In this document: piece by piece, positions 18,685 through 28,553 of the stretch
How the letters are laid out: each line of letters begins with the position of its first letter
How positions within the stretch are numbered: the first letter of the stretch is position 1
Assembly (NCBI RefSeq): GCF_900187275.1
Contig: NZ_LT906458.1
Location: 90,001 to 122,000 of the forward strand
Direction of reading: 5' to 3'
Source of the DNA: Pasteurella multocida
GTDB taxonomy: Bacteria > Pseudomonadota > Gammaproteobacteria > Enterobacterales > Pasteurellaceae
Length of the DNA stretch: 32,000 bases
The notes under the pieces: generated by a model
What the model was told of the DNA's origin: nothing
The model's input: the letters and a program-made list of their open reading frames with translations, nothing else
The model's database searches: none
Made by a program: the position numbers and the translations under genes

Positions 18685-19698
18685 ATGAAAAAGTGGTTAT
18701 TCCCTTTTGCTTTCGTTGCAACCTTGGCAGGTTGCTCAGTGAGCAATGAAAGTAAACAGCAAGCCAATGATACTTATCAAAAATCAGATGCGGCCTTACC
18801 GCTGTTCGCCCCTTTGAACACCGCTGGCGTGAGCTTGCCAAAGCAGGATACCACTTATCAACTTCCTCAAGTGAAAGTGAAAAAAGCGGATCAGGTGGAT
18901 ATTCGCCCCCCAGAAACGCCTTTAGCGATTATTCAAAATTCTATTGCACAGTTTGATGGTGAACGGGCATTAATTGCTTATCCGATTGATAAAAGAGAGG
19001 TTTATAACCTGCAACAAGTCGCACGTTTATTAAAAGAGCAGGGGATTGGTTATCAGTTAACGAATGAGAAAATTGTGACAGATTGGGCTCCAACGGGACG
19101 TGCGGATGAGATTGGGGATACGCAAGTACGTTATGAAATTGAGCAGGTGAGTTCTAGCAATTATAGTGCACTGTTTGTCTCCATTTTACAGATGAAACGT
19201 AATGAGGTGGTATTTAGTCCACATTTAGCGGATAAACAACGTTATAGTTCTGATCGCTTGAACCAACTTGTTGGTGAATTAGATGCGTCTTATCGTAAAC
19301 AAGTCCGTGATTTGAATAACAGCGGATTGATGCCAATTCAGTCTGTATTCGGTACGGACAGTAATGGGCGTACTGCTCTCGTGTTAGGCGCACCCTTTAA
19401 TCATGCGTGGACAAAACTAGGACAAGTTTTACCGCAGCTTGAATTTGATATTAAAGATGAAATTATTGGTCGTGGGGTAAGGGAGTTAAAATACCGTCCA
19501 GCTGGAGCAAAAAGTTGGTGGTGGCCATTTGGTCGTGCTGAAGGCAGTAGCGGACTGAAAACAGGTACCTATTTTATGCAGTTAAGCGCCTTAGGGAAGC
19601 AAAGTGCGGTGGTGATGACCGATGATGATGGCAATGCGTTATCTGGGGAGCAGGCTCAGGCGCTTTATCAAGCATTACAAAATCTCTTAGCGAAATAA
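18685..19698 (+). CDS. bamC: Outer membrane protein assembly factor BamC (NlpB) lipoprotein
   Basis: It lies immediately downstream of dapA, as in E. coli. The lipobox is TLAGC. I moved the start to MKKWLFPF (18685), which has an AAGGA RBS 8 nt upstream; the listed ORF adds 17 unlikely residues. Confidence 0.85.
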   Translation: MKKWLFPFAFVATLAGCSVSNESKQQANDTYQKSDAALPLFAPLNTAGVSLPKQDTTYQLPQVKVKKADQVDIRPPETPLAIIQNSIAQFDGERALIAYPIDKREVYNLQQVARLLKEQGIGYQLTNEKIVTDWAPTGRADEIGDTQVRYEIEQVSSSNYSALFVSILQMKRNEVVFSPHLADKQRYSSDRLNQLVGELDASYRKQVRDLNNSGLMPIQSVFGTDSNGRTALVLGAPFNHAWTKLGQVLPQLEFDIKDEIIGRGVRELKYRPAGAKSWWWPFGRAEGSSGLKTGTYFMQLSALGKQSAVVMTDDDGNALSGEQAQALYQALQNLLAK

Positions 19699-19708
19699 TA
19701 CAGTCAAG

Positions 19709-20617
19709 ATGACTAAACTCAGTATCCAGCGAGATAACTTGATTTGTTTGAGTTATGTCGCATTAATGGGATTCGGCTTTCCCATTATGCGTTATATGAG
19801 TATTCATTTTGATACATTAAATAATAACGCTGTTCGCTTTCTCTCAGGGGGCAGCGTTTTTATTTTAGCCTGTTTTTTTTATTATCGCGCTGAGTTAACG
19901 CGTGTTTTTCATCAGCCGAAGTTACTTTTATCATTTTTACTTCTAGCCTGTTTTATGACCGCGAATATGTATTTTTTTATCAATGGAATGAAATATACAT
20001 CAGCTTTGTCTGGCAGTATTTTTGGGGTGCTGGCGATGCCCCTTTCGATTTTCATGGCAGCTATCATTTATCAAGATGAAAGAAAAAAAGTCATGCAGAT
20101 CCCTTTTGCCGTGGGGAGCAGTATTTTGATTTTGGGTTCGCTGTTGTTTGTGCTTTATGGTCAACACAGCGCATCAGACAGCAATTTCTTGTTAGGTTCG
20201 CTTTTTTTAACGCTGGCTATTTTCATCCAATCTATTCAAAATTTAGTGGTGAAGCAGGTCGCGAGAGGAACCAATGTGGTCGTGTTGAGTGCATTCACGG
20301 CATTTTTGTCTGGCATGATATACTTGGTTTGGGCGTTGAAAAGTGAGATCATTTTTCGTTTAGCTGAAGTGAGTATTGGCGCACTCGTTGAACTAAGTCT
20401 GGCGGGCGTATATGGCATGATGACAGGCATGTTATTGGCTTTTTTTATTGTGAAAACGCAAGGGATTGTGAGATTTAATGTGATTCAATTATTAGTGCCC
20501 ATTTCCACAGCATTAGTTGGCTATGTTACGTTAGGCGAAGTGATGAACATTTACCAAGGGATGGGCGCACTATGTGTGCTTTTAGGCTGTATTTTATGTT
20601 TAAGAATCCGTACTTGA
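19709..20617 (+). CDS. DMT-superfamily (EamA-type) transporter
   Basis: The 302-aa protein has about 10 predicted hydrophobic helices in a two-fold EamA-like layout. The substrate is unknown. Confidence 0.65.
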   Translation: MTKLSIQRDNLICLSYVALMGFGFPIMRYMSIHFDTLNNNAVRFLSGGSVFILACFFYYRAELTRVFHQPKLLLSFLLLACFMTANMYFFINGMKYTSALSGSIFGVLAMPLSIFMAAIIYQDERKKVMQIPFAVGSSILILGSLLFVLYGQHSASDSNFLLGSLFLTLAIFIQSIQNLVVKQVARGTNVVVLSAFTAFLSGMIYLVWALKSEIIFRLAEVSIGALVELSLAGVYGMMTGMLLAFFIVKTQGIVRFNVIQLLVPISTALVGYVTLGEVMNIYQGMGALCVLLGCILCLRIRT

Positions 20618-20762
20618 CATCGCCTTTTCTATTATGCTTTAGTGCAATTTGTTTCTTCTGCTGCTCGCTTGATTAGGCTACAATGCCAAACCAACCCTTT
20701 ATTTCACTGATTAAGTTTCATCTGTTCAAGCCGGTTAACCGTATTTATTTGAAGGAAAGCAA

Positions 20763-23036
20763 ATGAAAATTCAACATATCATTCATGAAAACCAATTAGG
20801 ATTATTGTTTCAACAAGGCTCATTCGGGTTAGAAAAAGAAAGTCAGCGCGTGACTGCCGATGGTGCAATTGTAACGACTCCTCATCCTGCGGTGTTTGGT
20901 AATCGCCGTTATCATCCTTATATTCAAACAGATTTTGCTGAGAGCCAACTTGAGCTGATTACCCCGCCAACTAAAAAGTTAGAAGATACGTTTCGTTGGT
21001 TGTCTGCTATTCATGAAGTGGTACAACGTTCGCTACCCGAAGAAGAATATATTTTCCCATTGAGTATGCCTGCGGGATTGCCAGCAGAAGAGCAAATTCG
21101 TGTGGCACAATTAGATAACCCAGAAGACGTGGCTTATCGTGAATATTTAGTGAAAATATATGGTAAAAATAAGCAGATGGTCAGCGGGATTCACTATAAC
21201 TTTCAGCTTTCCCCCGACTTGATCACACGTTTATTCCGCTTGCAGAATGAGTATCAAAGTGCGGTCGATTTTCAGAATGATTTATATCTGAAAATGGCAA
21301 AAAACTTCTTACGTTATCAATGGATTTTGTTGTATCTATTAGCGGCAACACCAACGGTTGAATCTGCTTATTTTAAAGATGGTTCCCCGTTAGCGAAAGG
21401 GCAATTCGTGCGTAGTTTACGTTCAAGTCAATATGGTTATGTGAATGATCCCGAAATTAACGTTTCTTTTGATAGTGTCGAAAAGTATGTTGAAAGCTTA
21501 GAACATTGGGTATCAACGGGGAAATTGATTGCAGAAAAAGAATTTTATTCTAATGTGCGTTTGCGTGGTGCAAAGAAAGCGCGCGAATTTTTGACAACGG
21601 GTATTCAATATCTGGAGTTCCGTTTATTTGACTTAAATCCGTTTGAAATTTACGGGATTAGCCTAAAAGATGCGAAGTTTATCCACGTGTTCGCCTTATT
21701 CATGATTTGGATGGATCATACTGCTGATCAAGAAGAAGTGGAATTAGGTAAAGCGCGTTTGGCAGAAGTGGCTTTTGAGCATCCATTAGAAAAAACCGCT
21801 TATGCCGTCGAAGGCGAATTGGTGCTCTTAGAATTATTGTCGATGCTAGAGCAAATTGGCGCAGAGCCGGAATTATTTGAGATTGTGAAAGAGAAGTTAA
21901 CTCAATTCACGGATCCAAGCAAAACAGTGGCAGGACGTTTAGTACGCGCGATTGAGCAAGCTGGGAGCGATCAACAATTAGGTGCCCAGCTCGCACAGCA
22001 ATATAAAGCCCAAGCCTTCGAACGTTTTTATGCCTTATCTGCATTCGATAACATGGAGCTTTCTACCCAAGCGTTGTTATTTGATGTGATCCAGAAAGGG
22101 ATTCATACTGAGATTTTGGATGAAAATGATCAATTCTTGTGCTTAAAACATGGTGATCATATTGAGTATGTGAAAAACGGCAATATGACCTCACACGACA
22201 GTTATATTTCACCGCTAATTATGGAAAATAAAGTGGTGACCAAAAAAGTATTGCAAAAAGCGGGCTTTAATGTGCCACAAAGTGTGGAGTTTACTTCTCT
22301 TGAGAAAGCGGTAGCAAGTTATGCACTTTTTGAAAACCGTGCGGTAGTGATTAAACCCAAATCCACGAACTATGGCTTGGGTATCACCATTTTCCAACAA
22401 GGCGTGCAAAACCGTGAGGATTTTGCTAAGGCGCTAGAAATTGCTTTCCGTGAAGATAAAGAAGTAATGGTGGAAGATTATTTAGTCGGAACAGAATACC
22501 GCTTCTTTGTATTAGGTGATGAAACATTGGCCGTATTACTGCGTGTACCAGCCAATGTCGTGGGAGACGGTGTGCATTCTGTGGCAGAACTTGTTGCCAT
22601 GAAAAATGATCATCCGCTACGAGGTGATGGTAGCCGTACGCCATTGAAAAAAATTGCTTTAGGCGAAATTGAGCAGTTACAGCTCAAGGAGCAAGGCTTA
22701 ACCATTGATAGCATTCCCGCTAAAGATCAGCTTGTACAACTACGAGCCAATTCCAATATTAGTACAGGTGGTGATTCCATTGATATGACGGATGAAATGC
22801 ACGAGAGTTATAAACAACTGGCTGTCGGTATCACGAAAGCGATGGGCGCGGCGGTGTGTGGTGTGGATTTAATTATCCCTGACTTGAAGCAACCGGCTAC
22901 GCCAAACTTAAGTTCTTGGGGCGTGATTGAAGCGAATTTTAATCCGATGATGATGATGCATATTTTCCCTTATGCGGGTAAATCTCGTCGTTTAACTCAG
23001 CATGTGATTAAGATGCTCTTTCCTGAACTGGAGTAA
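20763..23036 (+). CDS. gshF: Bifunctional glutamate-cysteine ligase / glutathione synthetase (GshF/GshAB)
   Basis: The 757-aa protein has an N-terminal ~450-aa GshA-like domain (FGLEKESQRV, QLELITPP, SGIHYNF) fused to a C-terminal ATP-grasp domain (VVIKPKSTNYGLGI, EYRFFVLG, NISTGG). This is the fusion characterised in Streptococcus agalactiae, Listeria and Pasteurella multocida. Confidence 0.92.
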   Translation: MKIQHIIHENQLGLLFQQGSFGLEKESQRVTADGAIVTTPHPAVFGNRRYHPYIQTDFAESQLELITPPTKKLEDTFRWLSAIHEVVQRSLPEEEYIFPLSMPAGLPAEEQIRVAQLDNPEDVAYREYLVKIYGKNKQMVSGIHYNFQLSPDLITRLFRLQNEYQSAVDFQNDLYLKMAKNFLRYQWILLYLLAATPTVESAYFKDGSPLAKGQFVRSLRSSQYGYVNDPEINVSFDSVEKYVESLEHWVSTGKLIAEKEFYSNVRLRGAKKAREFLTTGIQYLEFRLFDLNPFEIYGISLKDAKFIHVFALFMIWMDHTADQEEVELGKARLAEVAFEHPLEKTAYAVEGELVLLELLSMLEQIGAEPELFEIVKEKLTQFTDPSKTVAGRLVRAIEQAGSDQQLGAQLAQQYKAQAFERFYALSAFDNMELSTQALLFDVIQKGIHTEILDENDQFLCLKHGDHIEYVKNGNMTSHDSYISPLIMENKVVTKKVLQKAGFNVPQSVEFTSLEKAVASYALFENRAVVIKPKSTNYGLGITIFQQGVQNREDFAKALEIAFREDKEVMVEDYLVGTEYRFFVLGDETLAVLLRVPANVVGDGVHSVAELVAMKNDHPLRGDGSRTPLKKIALGEIEQLQLKEQGLTIDSIPAKDQLVQLRANSNISTGGDSIDMTDEMHESYKQLAVGITKAMGAAVCGVDLIIPDLKQPATPNLSSWGVIEANFNPMMMMHIFPYAGKSRRLTQHVIKMLFPELE

Positions 23037-23052
23037 GTGCATAAGTCATTAT

Positions 23053-23080
23053 AAAGGCGAACCCTCAGTTCGCCTTTATT
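23053..23080. terminator. Bidirectional terminator between gshF and the HAD-IIB gene
   Basis: The stem is AAAGGCGAAC (23053-23062) / GTTCGCCTTT (23068-23077) with A/T-rich flanks on both sides. It lies between convergent stop codons. Confidence 0.6.
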
Positions 23081-23084
23081 ATAT

Positions 23085-23915
23085 TTACGGCAATTGACGA
23101 AGAGCACTCAAGATGCCGTGACAGTAAGGCTTATCTAGGCACTTGCCATACCGCTCAATCGCATGCTTATCTGCATTAGCTACCAAATAGCCATTCCCAG
23201 CCACAGCAAACATAGTAAAATCATTGGCACTGTCACCAAATGCTAAAACCTGCTGTTTGTCGAGTTTCAGTTCTTCCATTAAAAAGAGTACTGCTTGATC
23301 TTTACCACAGCATTTTGGAATAAAGTCCACATCATAACTGTTTTCAGGATCACCCGCAGCAGGATTTGCTTTCGTGATGAGTACTCTCAGTTGTGCTTGT
23401 TCGGCGAGTGAGCGTATCCAAGCAATGTCTTTTTCCATCTCATCTCTGATCAAATAATAAAAACTGGTTTTATAGGGACCTTGATAATCTTCAGGCTGTC
23501 TATCTAATCTGATACCTTGAGCAAGAATTTGTTCAACGATCTGATCAACTTTTTGTTGCTGATAACCAGAAGTAGCAATACGTTGTTGCCAAGTTGTCGA
23601 TGGCACTAATTCCCCTTGCGTTATCCAATAAAACTCGGTTCCTAAACTACAACATAAAAAGTGTGGACTTTGTGAAATGGTACGCTTTGCTTTGCGTAAC
23701 GCGGAGGTCTTATTCGTGCCTGTTATCCAACCTAACAGGATGCCTTTTTTCTCCCCTTCTTCTAAAAGGAAATGCTCTAATTCGGTAATCCCGCTTGTCA
23801 CTTGATTGTCGGGGTGATAAGGAATATAGGTTTCATCCATATCACAACAAACCAAATACTGTACTTCAGTCGGTTGTGGAAAGGTTGCCGGTAGTTTGTC
23901 TTTTGCCAATGTCAT
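23085..23915 (-). CDS. HAD-IIB family phosphatase (sucrose-phosphate-phosphatase-like fold)
   Basis: HAD motif I is CCDMDETY, motif III is the K in FIPKCCGK, and motif IV is FGDSANDFTMF, with a large cap insertion typical of subclass IIB. The start is set at the second Met of AGGAGGcATGATG (23915). The listed ORF extends 48 codons further with no RBS. Confidence 0.65.
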   Translation of the reverse strand: MTLAKDKLPATFPQPTEVQYLVCCDMDETYIPYHPDNQVTSGITELEHFLLEEGEKKGILLGWITGTNKTSALRKAKRTISQSPHFLCCSLGTEFYWITQGELVPSTTWQQRIATSGYQQQKVDQIVEQILAQGIRLDRQPEDYQGPYKTSFYYLIRDEMEKDIAWIRSLAEQAQLRVLITKANPAAGDPENSYDVDFIPKCCGKDQAVLFLMEELKLDKQQVLAFGDSANDFTMFAVAGNGYLVANADKHAIERYGKCLDKPYCHGILSALRQLP

Positions 23916-24108
23916 CATGCCTCCTAAGATCACGTGCTGATCATAAACAATTTCGCTTATCATAACTGAAAAGCTACGATATGAGGTGAAAACCCGCTTG
24001 TTTTTTGCACCGCTATGTTTGTGGCGGCTAGACGAAATCTTACCTAGCAAATTTTCCACAATCTCTTTACAATAGCGTAAGTTTTCTTTTCACTTTTGAG
24101 GTTTCACA

Positions 24109-25227
24109 TTGACGGAGTTATTCACGGAAACATTTACCCTTGAACCGCAAGATAATGCGCGTTTACAAGCCTTATGTGGTGCGTACGAAGGGAATTTACA
24201 ACTGATTGAAAAATCATTAAATTTAACCATTTCACGACGTAATTTTACTTTTACGATTCAATCGAATGAGGCAGAAAATAAGCCTCATCACGCCAAATTG
24301 TTACAAAGTGCGGTCAAATTAATTCAAATGTTATATTTGGAAACCGCGCCTGTGCGGGGACAAATTCGTGAACTGGATTTAGAAGATGTGCATATCGCCA
24401 TTCAAGAAAGCCGTATTTTAGTGCAAGAAACAGAAACTGAACGTGATGAAAGCAAGGTATATGCGTCTTCGATCAAAACCAAGCGAGGATTGATTAAACC
24501 GCGTGGACCAAATCAAGTGCAGTATTTACACAATATTTTTCGTCATGATATCAGTTTTGGTATTGGTCCGGCGGGAACAGGAAAAACATTTTTGGCGGTA
24601 GCTGCCGCGGTGGAAGCACTCGAAAAGCAAGATGTGCGTCGTATTTTGCTGACTCGTCCTGCGGTGGAAGCGGGCGAAAAGTTAGGTTTTTTACCCGGTG
24701 ATTTAGGACAGAAGATCGAACCTTATTTGCGTCCATTGTATGATGCGCTGTTTGAAATGTTGGGGTTTGAGCGTGTACAAAAATTAATGGAACGCAATGT
24801 AATTGAAATCGCCCCCTTAGCATATATGCGTGGACGTACCCTTAATGACAGCTTTATTATTCTTGATGAAAGCCAAAATACAACAGTTGAACAAATGAAA
24901 ATGTTCTTAACACGTATTGGATTTAATTCGAAAGCGGTAATTACCGGTGACATTACTCAAATTGATTTACCGCGTAGTCAAAAATCTGGCTTACGTCATG
25001 CCATTGAAGTGTTAGAAAGTGTACCAGAATTGAGTTTTAACTACTTTGAAAGTAAAGACATTGTTCGGCATCCGGTGGTTGCGAAAGTCGTACAAGCTTA
25101 TGATGCTTGGGAAGCACAAGATGAAATTCGCCGTGCCGAGATCGCGGCACAACGTCGTCAAGAGCGTGCTGAAAAAGACAATATAGAAAAAGTGCGGTCA
25201 GAAAATACAGCGCATGAGAAAGCATAA
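24109..25227 (+). CDS. ybeZ: PhoH-like ATPase YbeZ
   Basis: Walker A GPAGTGKT, Walker B FIILDESQN and GD.TQIDLP are present. The apparent start is TTG, with GAGG 7 nt upstream. It lies directly upstream of ybeY, as in E. coli. Confidence 0.9.
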   Translation: MTELFTETFTLEPQDNARLQALCGAYEGNLQLIEKSLNLTISRRNFTFTIQSNEAENKPHHAKLLQSAVKLIQMLYLETAPVRGQIRELDLEDVHIAIQESRILVQETETERDESKVYASSIKTKRGLIKPRGPNQVQYLHNIFRHDISFGIGPAGTGKTFLAVAAAVEALEKQDVRRILLTRPAVEAGEKLGFLPGDLGQKIEPYLRPLYDALFEMLGFERVQKLMERNVIEIAPLAYMRGRTLNDSFIILDESQNTTVEQMKMFLTRIGFNSKAVITGDITQIDLPRSQKSGLRHAIEVLESVPELSFNYFESKDIVRHPVVAKVVQAYDAWEAQDEIRRAEIAAQRRQERAEKDNIEKVRSENTAHEKA

Positions 25228-25704
25228 ATGAAACGAGTGATAATTGATTTACAACTGGTCTGCGAAAACACGGATAATTTACCGAGTGAAGCACAAATTC
25301 AGGCATGGGCAAATCGTGCGATCCAGCCAGAATTTTCCGATGTTGAAATGACGGTGCGCATTGTGGATGAAGCAGAAAGTCATGACCTGAATTTGACTTA
25401 TCGCGGCAAAGATAAGCCAACCAATGTCTTATCCTTTCCGTTTGAATGCCCTGATGAAGTGGAATTAAGTTTGCTAGGCGATTTAGTCATTTGCCGTCAA
25501 GTGGTGGAAAAAGAAGCCGAAGAACAAGGTAAGCCATTAATGGCACATTGGGCGCATATGGTGGTGCATGGTTGCTTACATTTACTTGGCTATGATCATA
25601 TTGAGGACGCCGAAGCAGAGGAAATGGAAGGGTTAGAAACGGAAATCATGCAGTCTTTGGGTTTTGAGGATCCTTATCTGAGCGAAAAAGAAATGCACGG
25701 ATAA
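25228..25704 (+). CDS. ybeY: Endoribonuclease YbeY (16S rRNA 3'-end maturation factor)
   Basis: It has the zinc motif [11 protein letters not shown] and is 158 aa long. Its ATG abuts the ybeZ stop (TAAATG). Confidence 0.93.
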   Translation: MKRVIIDLQLVCENTDNLPSEAQIQAWANRAIQPEFSDVEMTVRIVDEAESHDLNLTYRGKDKPTNVLSFPFECPDEVELSLLGDLVICRQVVEKEAEEQGKPLMAHWAHMVVHGCLHLLGYDHIEDAEAEEMEGLETEIMQSLGFEDPYLSEKEMHG

Positions 25705-25821
25705 AAAGTGCTTTCTTTTTAAACCATTTTATTAAATTGTGGTCAAAGAAGTCTAAAATTTTTGTTAGGGCATATAAGATGCCAAGATGACAGGTTTATC
25801 ACAGTTGTATAGGAAAAAATC

Positions 25822-26550
25822 ATGTTGAAAAAATTATGTATTGTGTTTGCGCTATTCAGTTTAACGGCTTGTGTAGCGTACTATCCATATCCAGATTATC
25901 AACCTCGTAGCAAGCCGATCTCAAAACCAAGCTATGATCCCCCTTTAGCCCCTTCATTCGAAACGCAAACTCAGCGTGGCTATCCAAAGGAGAAAAAGGG
26001 CTATTACAAAATATCAACCGAACACATGAATAAATTTATTCAGGCAAAGAATAATGTGGAATATTGTTTATTGCCTGAGTTAGGGCAGCAAGAAGATGCC
26101 CGTTTGACAGCGCTAGAAAAGCATTTAGTAAAAGCGATCATTCATGAACAGTTAGAAAACATTGTCGGTAAATCTTCTGCGAAAGTGATTTATGATGATC
26201 CTGATGCTTATGGTTATTTTGAGTTCAAATATCAGCAATTAAAACACGATTTAACTAATATTCGTGAGTCAGAGTGCCGCCAATTAAAAGAGCGTTATAA
26301 CCAACGTTTTAAAGATCTCAAACGGCAACGTGGTTTAGAAAATCGATCCGGTCATCCAATTGAACGTCGTATCCAAGATCAGCAACAGGCGATCGAAGAT
26401 AAGATTCGTGATCAACAGATGTCTATTGAGCGAAAAATGCGTGAACAACAAGAAGCGATGGAACGCAAAATACTTGGTCAGCCAGAGCCGATGTATAAAC
26501 CTAAACGCGATATCAGTATTGATTGGTCACACCCGTTAGATCGTTGGTAA
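25822..26550 (+). CDS. Hypothetical lipoprotein with a C-terminal charged 11-residue repeat region
   Basis: Signal peptide plus lipobox LTAC (Cys17), a Pro/Tyr-rich linker (YYPYPDYQPRSKPISKPSYDPP), and a Gln/Glu/Arg-rich helical tail. I do not recognise a family. Confidence 0.6.
   Translation: MLKKLCIVFALFSLTACVAYYPYPDYQPRSKPISKPSYDPPLAPSFETQTQRGYPKEKKGYYKISTEHMNKFIQAKNNVEYCLLPELGQQEDARLTALEKHLVKAIIHEQLENIVGKSSAKVIYDDPDAYGYFEFKYQQLKHDLTNIRESECRQLKERYNQRFKDLKRQRGLENRSGHPIERRIQDQQQAIEDKIRDQQMSIERKMREQQEAMERKILGQPEPMYKPKRDISIDWSHPLDRW
26359..26490 (+). repeat. Four tandem degenerate 33-bp repeats (11-aa units) inside the lipoprotein gene
   Basis: The units are IERRIQDQQQA / IEDKIRDQQMS / IERKMREQQEA / MERKILGQPEP, which are residues 180-223. 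Confidence 0.7.
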
Positions 26551-26568
26551 TAGCACGATGAAAGTGAA

Positions 26569-28524
26569 ATGAATCGGGTAAATAAGCAAAGAAAAGTACA
26601 ATGTTGGGTGGGGGAGAATGCTACATTATTTTCCCCACTCGCACGCTTATCTGGAATAAAAAGTGCGGTATGGATTGGCGATGATTTACCGCCTTTTTTG
26701 TCTTTTGCTCATTTCGATTTCAAGCAAGCAAAAAACATGTTGGGGCAAGAGTTTGCCTTGATTGTCTATGATGCAAGGGGAGGGCTGAATCTTGATGCCT
26801 TAGCTATCGCCAGTGGCACTTTGCAACAAGAAGGTGTGTTGCTGATTTTATTACCACAATGGGCGATGCTGAGCACTTGGCAAGATCCTGATTCAGTCCG
26901 TTGGTCTGGTGAAAATGATCCTATTTTGACACCGCACTTTCTACATTATTTTCAACAAAAAGTACGAGACTATGGCTTTCCTGTTTATCATACTTTTTTC
27001 CCTTCGCTATCATTGCCGGATAAATCAACCAGTGCGGTCGATTTTCAATCAGAACCGACAGTGGAACAAGCACAGTTATTGCACCGTATCAATAAGGCTA
27101 CTGAAGCGGTATTGATTGTGACGGCGAAGCGGGGTCGAGGAAAATCGGCGCTAGCAGGTTTTTGGGCAAGGCAGTTGAAGCAACAAAACCAAACGTTGAT
27201 ATTAACCGCACCGAATCAAGCGGCTGTCAGGATTTTACAATCGTTTGCTAATACGGCGTTAGATTTCAAGTCACCAGATTTACTTTGTGAGCAAATTGCA
27301 CAAGATCCCCATGCGTTTGCTGATAAATGGTTATTGATTGATGAAGCGGCTATGCTCCCTTTAAGTTTGTTAGAACAGCTGACATCAACCTTTAAAGGCA
27401 TACTCTGTACCACTACGGTACAAAGTTATGAAGGGACCGGGCGTGGTTTTTTACTCAAATTTTTAGCCAATTTAGACCGCACTTTTGCGCATTTTGAGCT
27501 TCACCAGCCTCTACGTTGGCAAGTTGATGATAAGTTAGAAGCCTTTATGGATGATCTCTTATTGCTACATGCGGAAGATTTGCCTTTTGCCCCATTGGCG
27601 TCAGCTGAAGGCGTTCAATTTCAGCGCTATTCACAACATACATTATATCAGCAACAAAAAATTGCTCCGCTTTATGGTTTACTGACGCGTGCCCATTACC
27701 GTACGTCACCACTGGATTTACGCCGTTTATTTGATGCGCCAAATCAACATTTTTATTTAGCACAAAAAGACGAACATCTCCTTGGTGCCGCTTGGCTTGT
27801 GCAAGAGGGAAGTCTGCAATCAGAACAACTTATTGGTGAGATTGAGCGCGGTTTGCGCCGTCCTCGTGGCAATTTAGTGCCTCAATTACTGTGTTTTCAA
27901 GCGCATTTGCCGCAAGCCTGCCGTTTATCCTCATTGCGGATTTCCCGTATTGCTGTTCAGCCAGATTGGCAACAGCAAGGTATTGGGCAACAGTTAGTCA
28001 AAAATATTTGCCAAGATGCACAGGTGGATTTTTTGTCCGCCAGTTTTGGTTACACCACTAAGCTGGCTGCATTTTGGCAAAAGTGCGGTTTTTTATTGGT
28101 GCATTTAGGTGAACAGAAAGAAGCCAGTAGCGGTTGTTACTCTGTAATCGGCTTAAAACCGTTGTCGTCCGCAGGGATAAGCTTTTGTCAGCAAGCGTAC
28201 CAACAGTTCCAACGTAATCTCAGTTTATCGCGACATCCCCTCGCGACGGCGTTCCCTTCTTTGCCCACCACATGGCAATTAGATCCGCAAGATTGGCGTG
28301 CATTAGTGCATTTTGCTTATTTTCAAGGCTCATTTACAGCCGCCTTACCTGCGATACAACGTTTGTTGGCACAAACTAACAGGTGCATTTGTCCGTTATT
28401 GTCTGCCCTGTTACAACCGTCATCAAACGAGATGAAATTTGCGGGAGGCAAGAAAAATGGGATAAAAATATGCCGTGAGGAAGTCAAGAAATTGTTGCAA
28501 AATCATACAGCCGTTTTATCATAA
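26569..28524 (+). CDS. tmcA: tRNA(Met) cytidine acetyltransferase TmcA
   Basis: It is colinear with E. coli TmcA: Walker A AKRGRGKSA, TTTVQSYEGTGRGFLLKF, AHYRTSPLDLRRL, RRPRGNLVPQ, and the GNAT segment RISRIAVQPDWQQQGIGQQL. Confidence 0.88.
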   Translation: MNRVNKQRKVQCWVGENATLFSPLARLSGIKSAVWIGDDLPPFLSFAHFDFKQAKNMLGQEFALIVYDARGGLNLDALAIASGTLQQEGVLLILLPQWAMLSTWQDPDSVRWSGENDPILTPHFLHYFQQKVRDYGFPVYHTFFPSLSLPDKSTSAVDFQSEPTVEQAQLLHRINKATEAVLIVTAKRGRGKSALAGFWARQLKQQNQTLILTAPNQAAVRILQSFANTALDFKSPDLLCEQIAQDPHAFADKWLLIDEAAMLPLSLLEQLTSTFKGILCTTTVQSYEGTGRGFLLKFLANLDRTFAHFELHQPLRWQVDDKLEAFMDDLLLLHAEDLPFAPLASAEGVQFQRYSQHTLYQQQKIAPLYGLLTRAHYRTSPLDLRRLFDAPNQHFYLAQKDEHLLGAAWLVQEGSLQSEQLIGEIERGLRRPRGNLVPQLLCFQAHLPQACRLSSLRISRIAVQPDWQQQGIGQQLVKNICQDAQVDFLSASFGYTTKLAAFWQKCGFLLVHLGEQKEASSGCYSVIGLKPLSSAGISFCQQAYQQFQRNLSLSRHPLATAFPSLPTTWQLDPQDWRALVHFAYFQGSFTAALPAIQRLLAQTNRCICPLLSALLQPSSNEMKFAGGKKNGIKICREEVKKLLQNHTAVLS

Positions 28525-28553
28525 TCAAGTGGGGTGTTGAGAAGGAGCATAAA

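Noticed and set aside
19873-20446. Homopolymeric T7-T8 tracts inside the DMT transporter gene (about 19873, 20202, 20437), considered as possible phase-variation switches.
   Set aside because: They encode Phe-rich transmembrane segments (TTT codons). They are short compared with known Pasteurellaceae contingency-locus repeats and are not located near the 5' end. No tetranucleotide or longer simple-sequence repeats were seen anywhere in the window.
23940-23975. A Pho-box-like sequence (CTTATCATAACTGAAAA) upstream of the phoH-like gene.
   Set aside because: It matches the CTGTCAT-N4-CTGTCAT consensus poorly. The gene is the YbeZ-type PhoH paralogue in a ybeZ-ybeY operon, which is not expected to be Pho-regulated.
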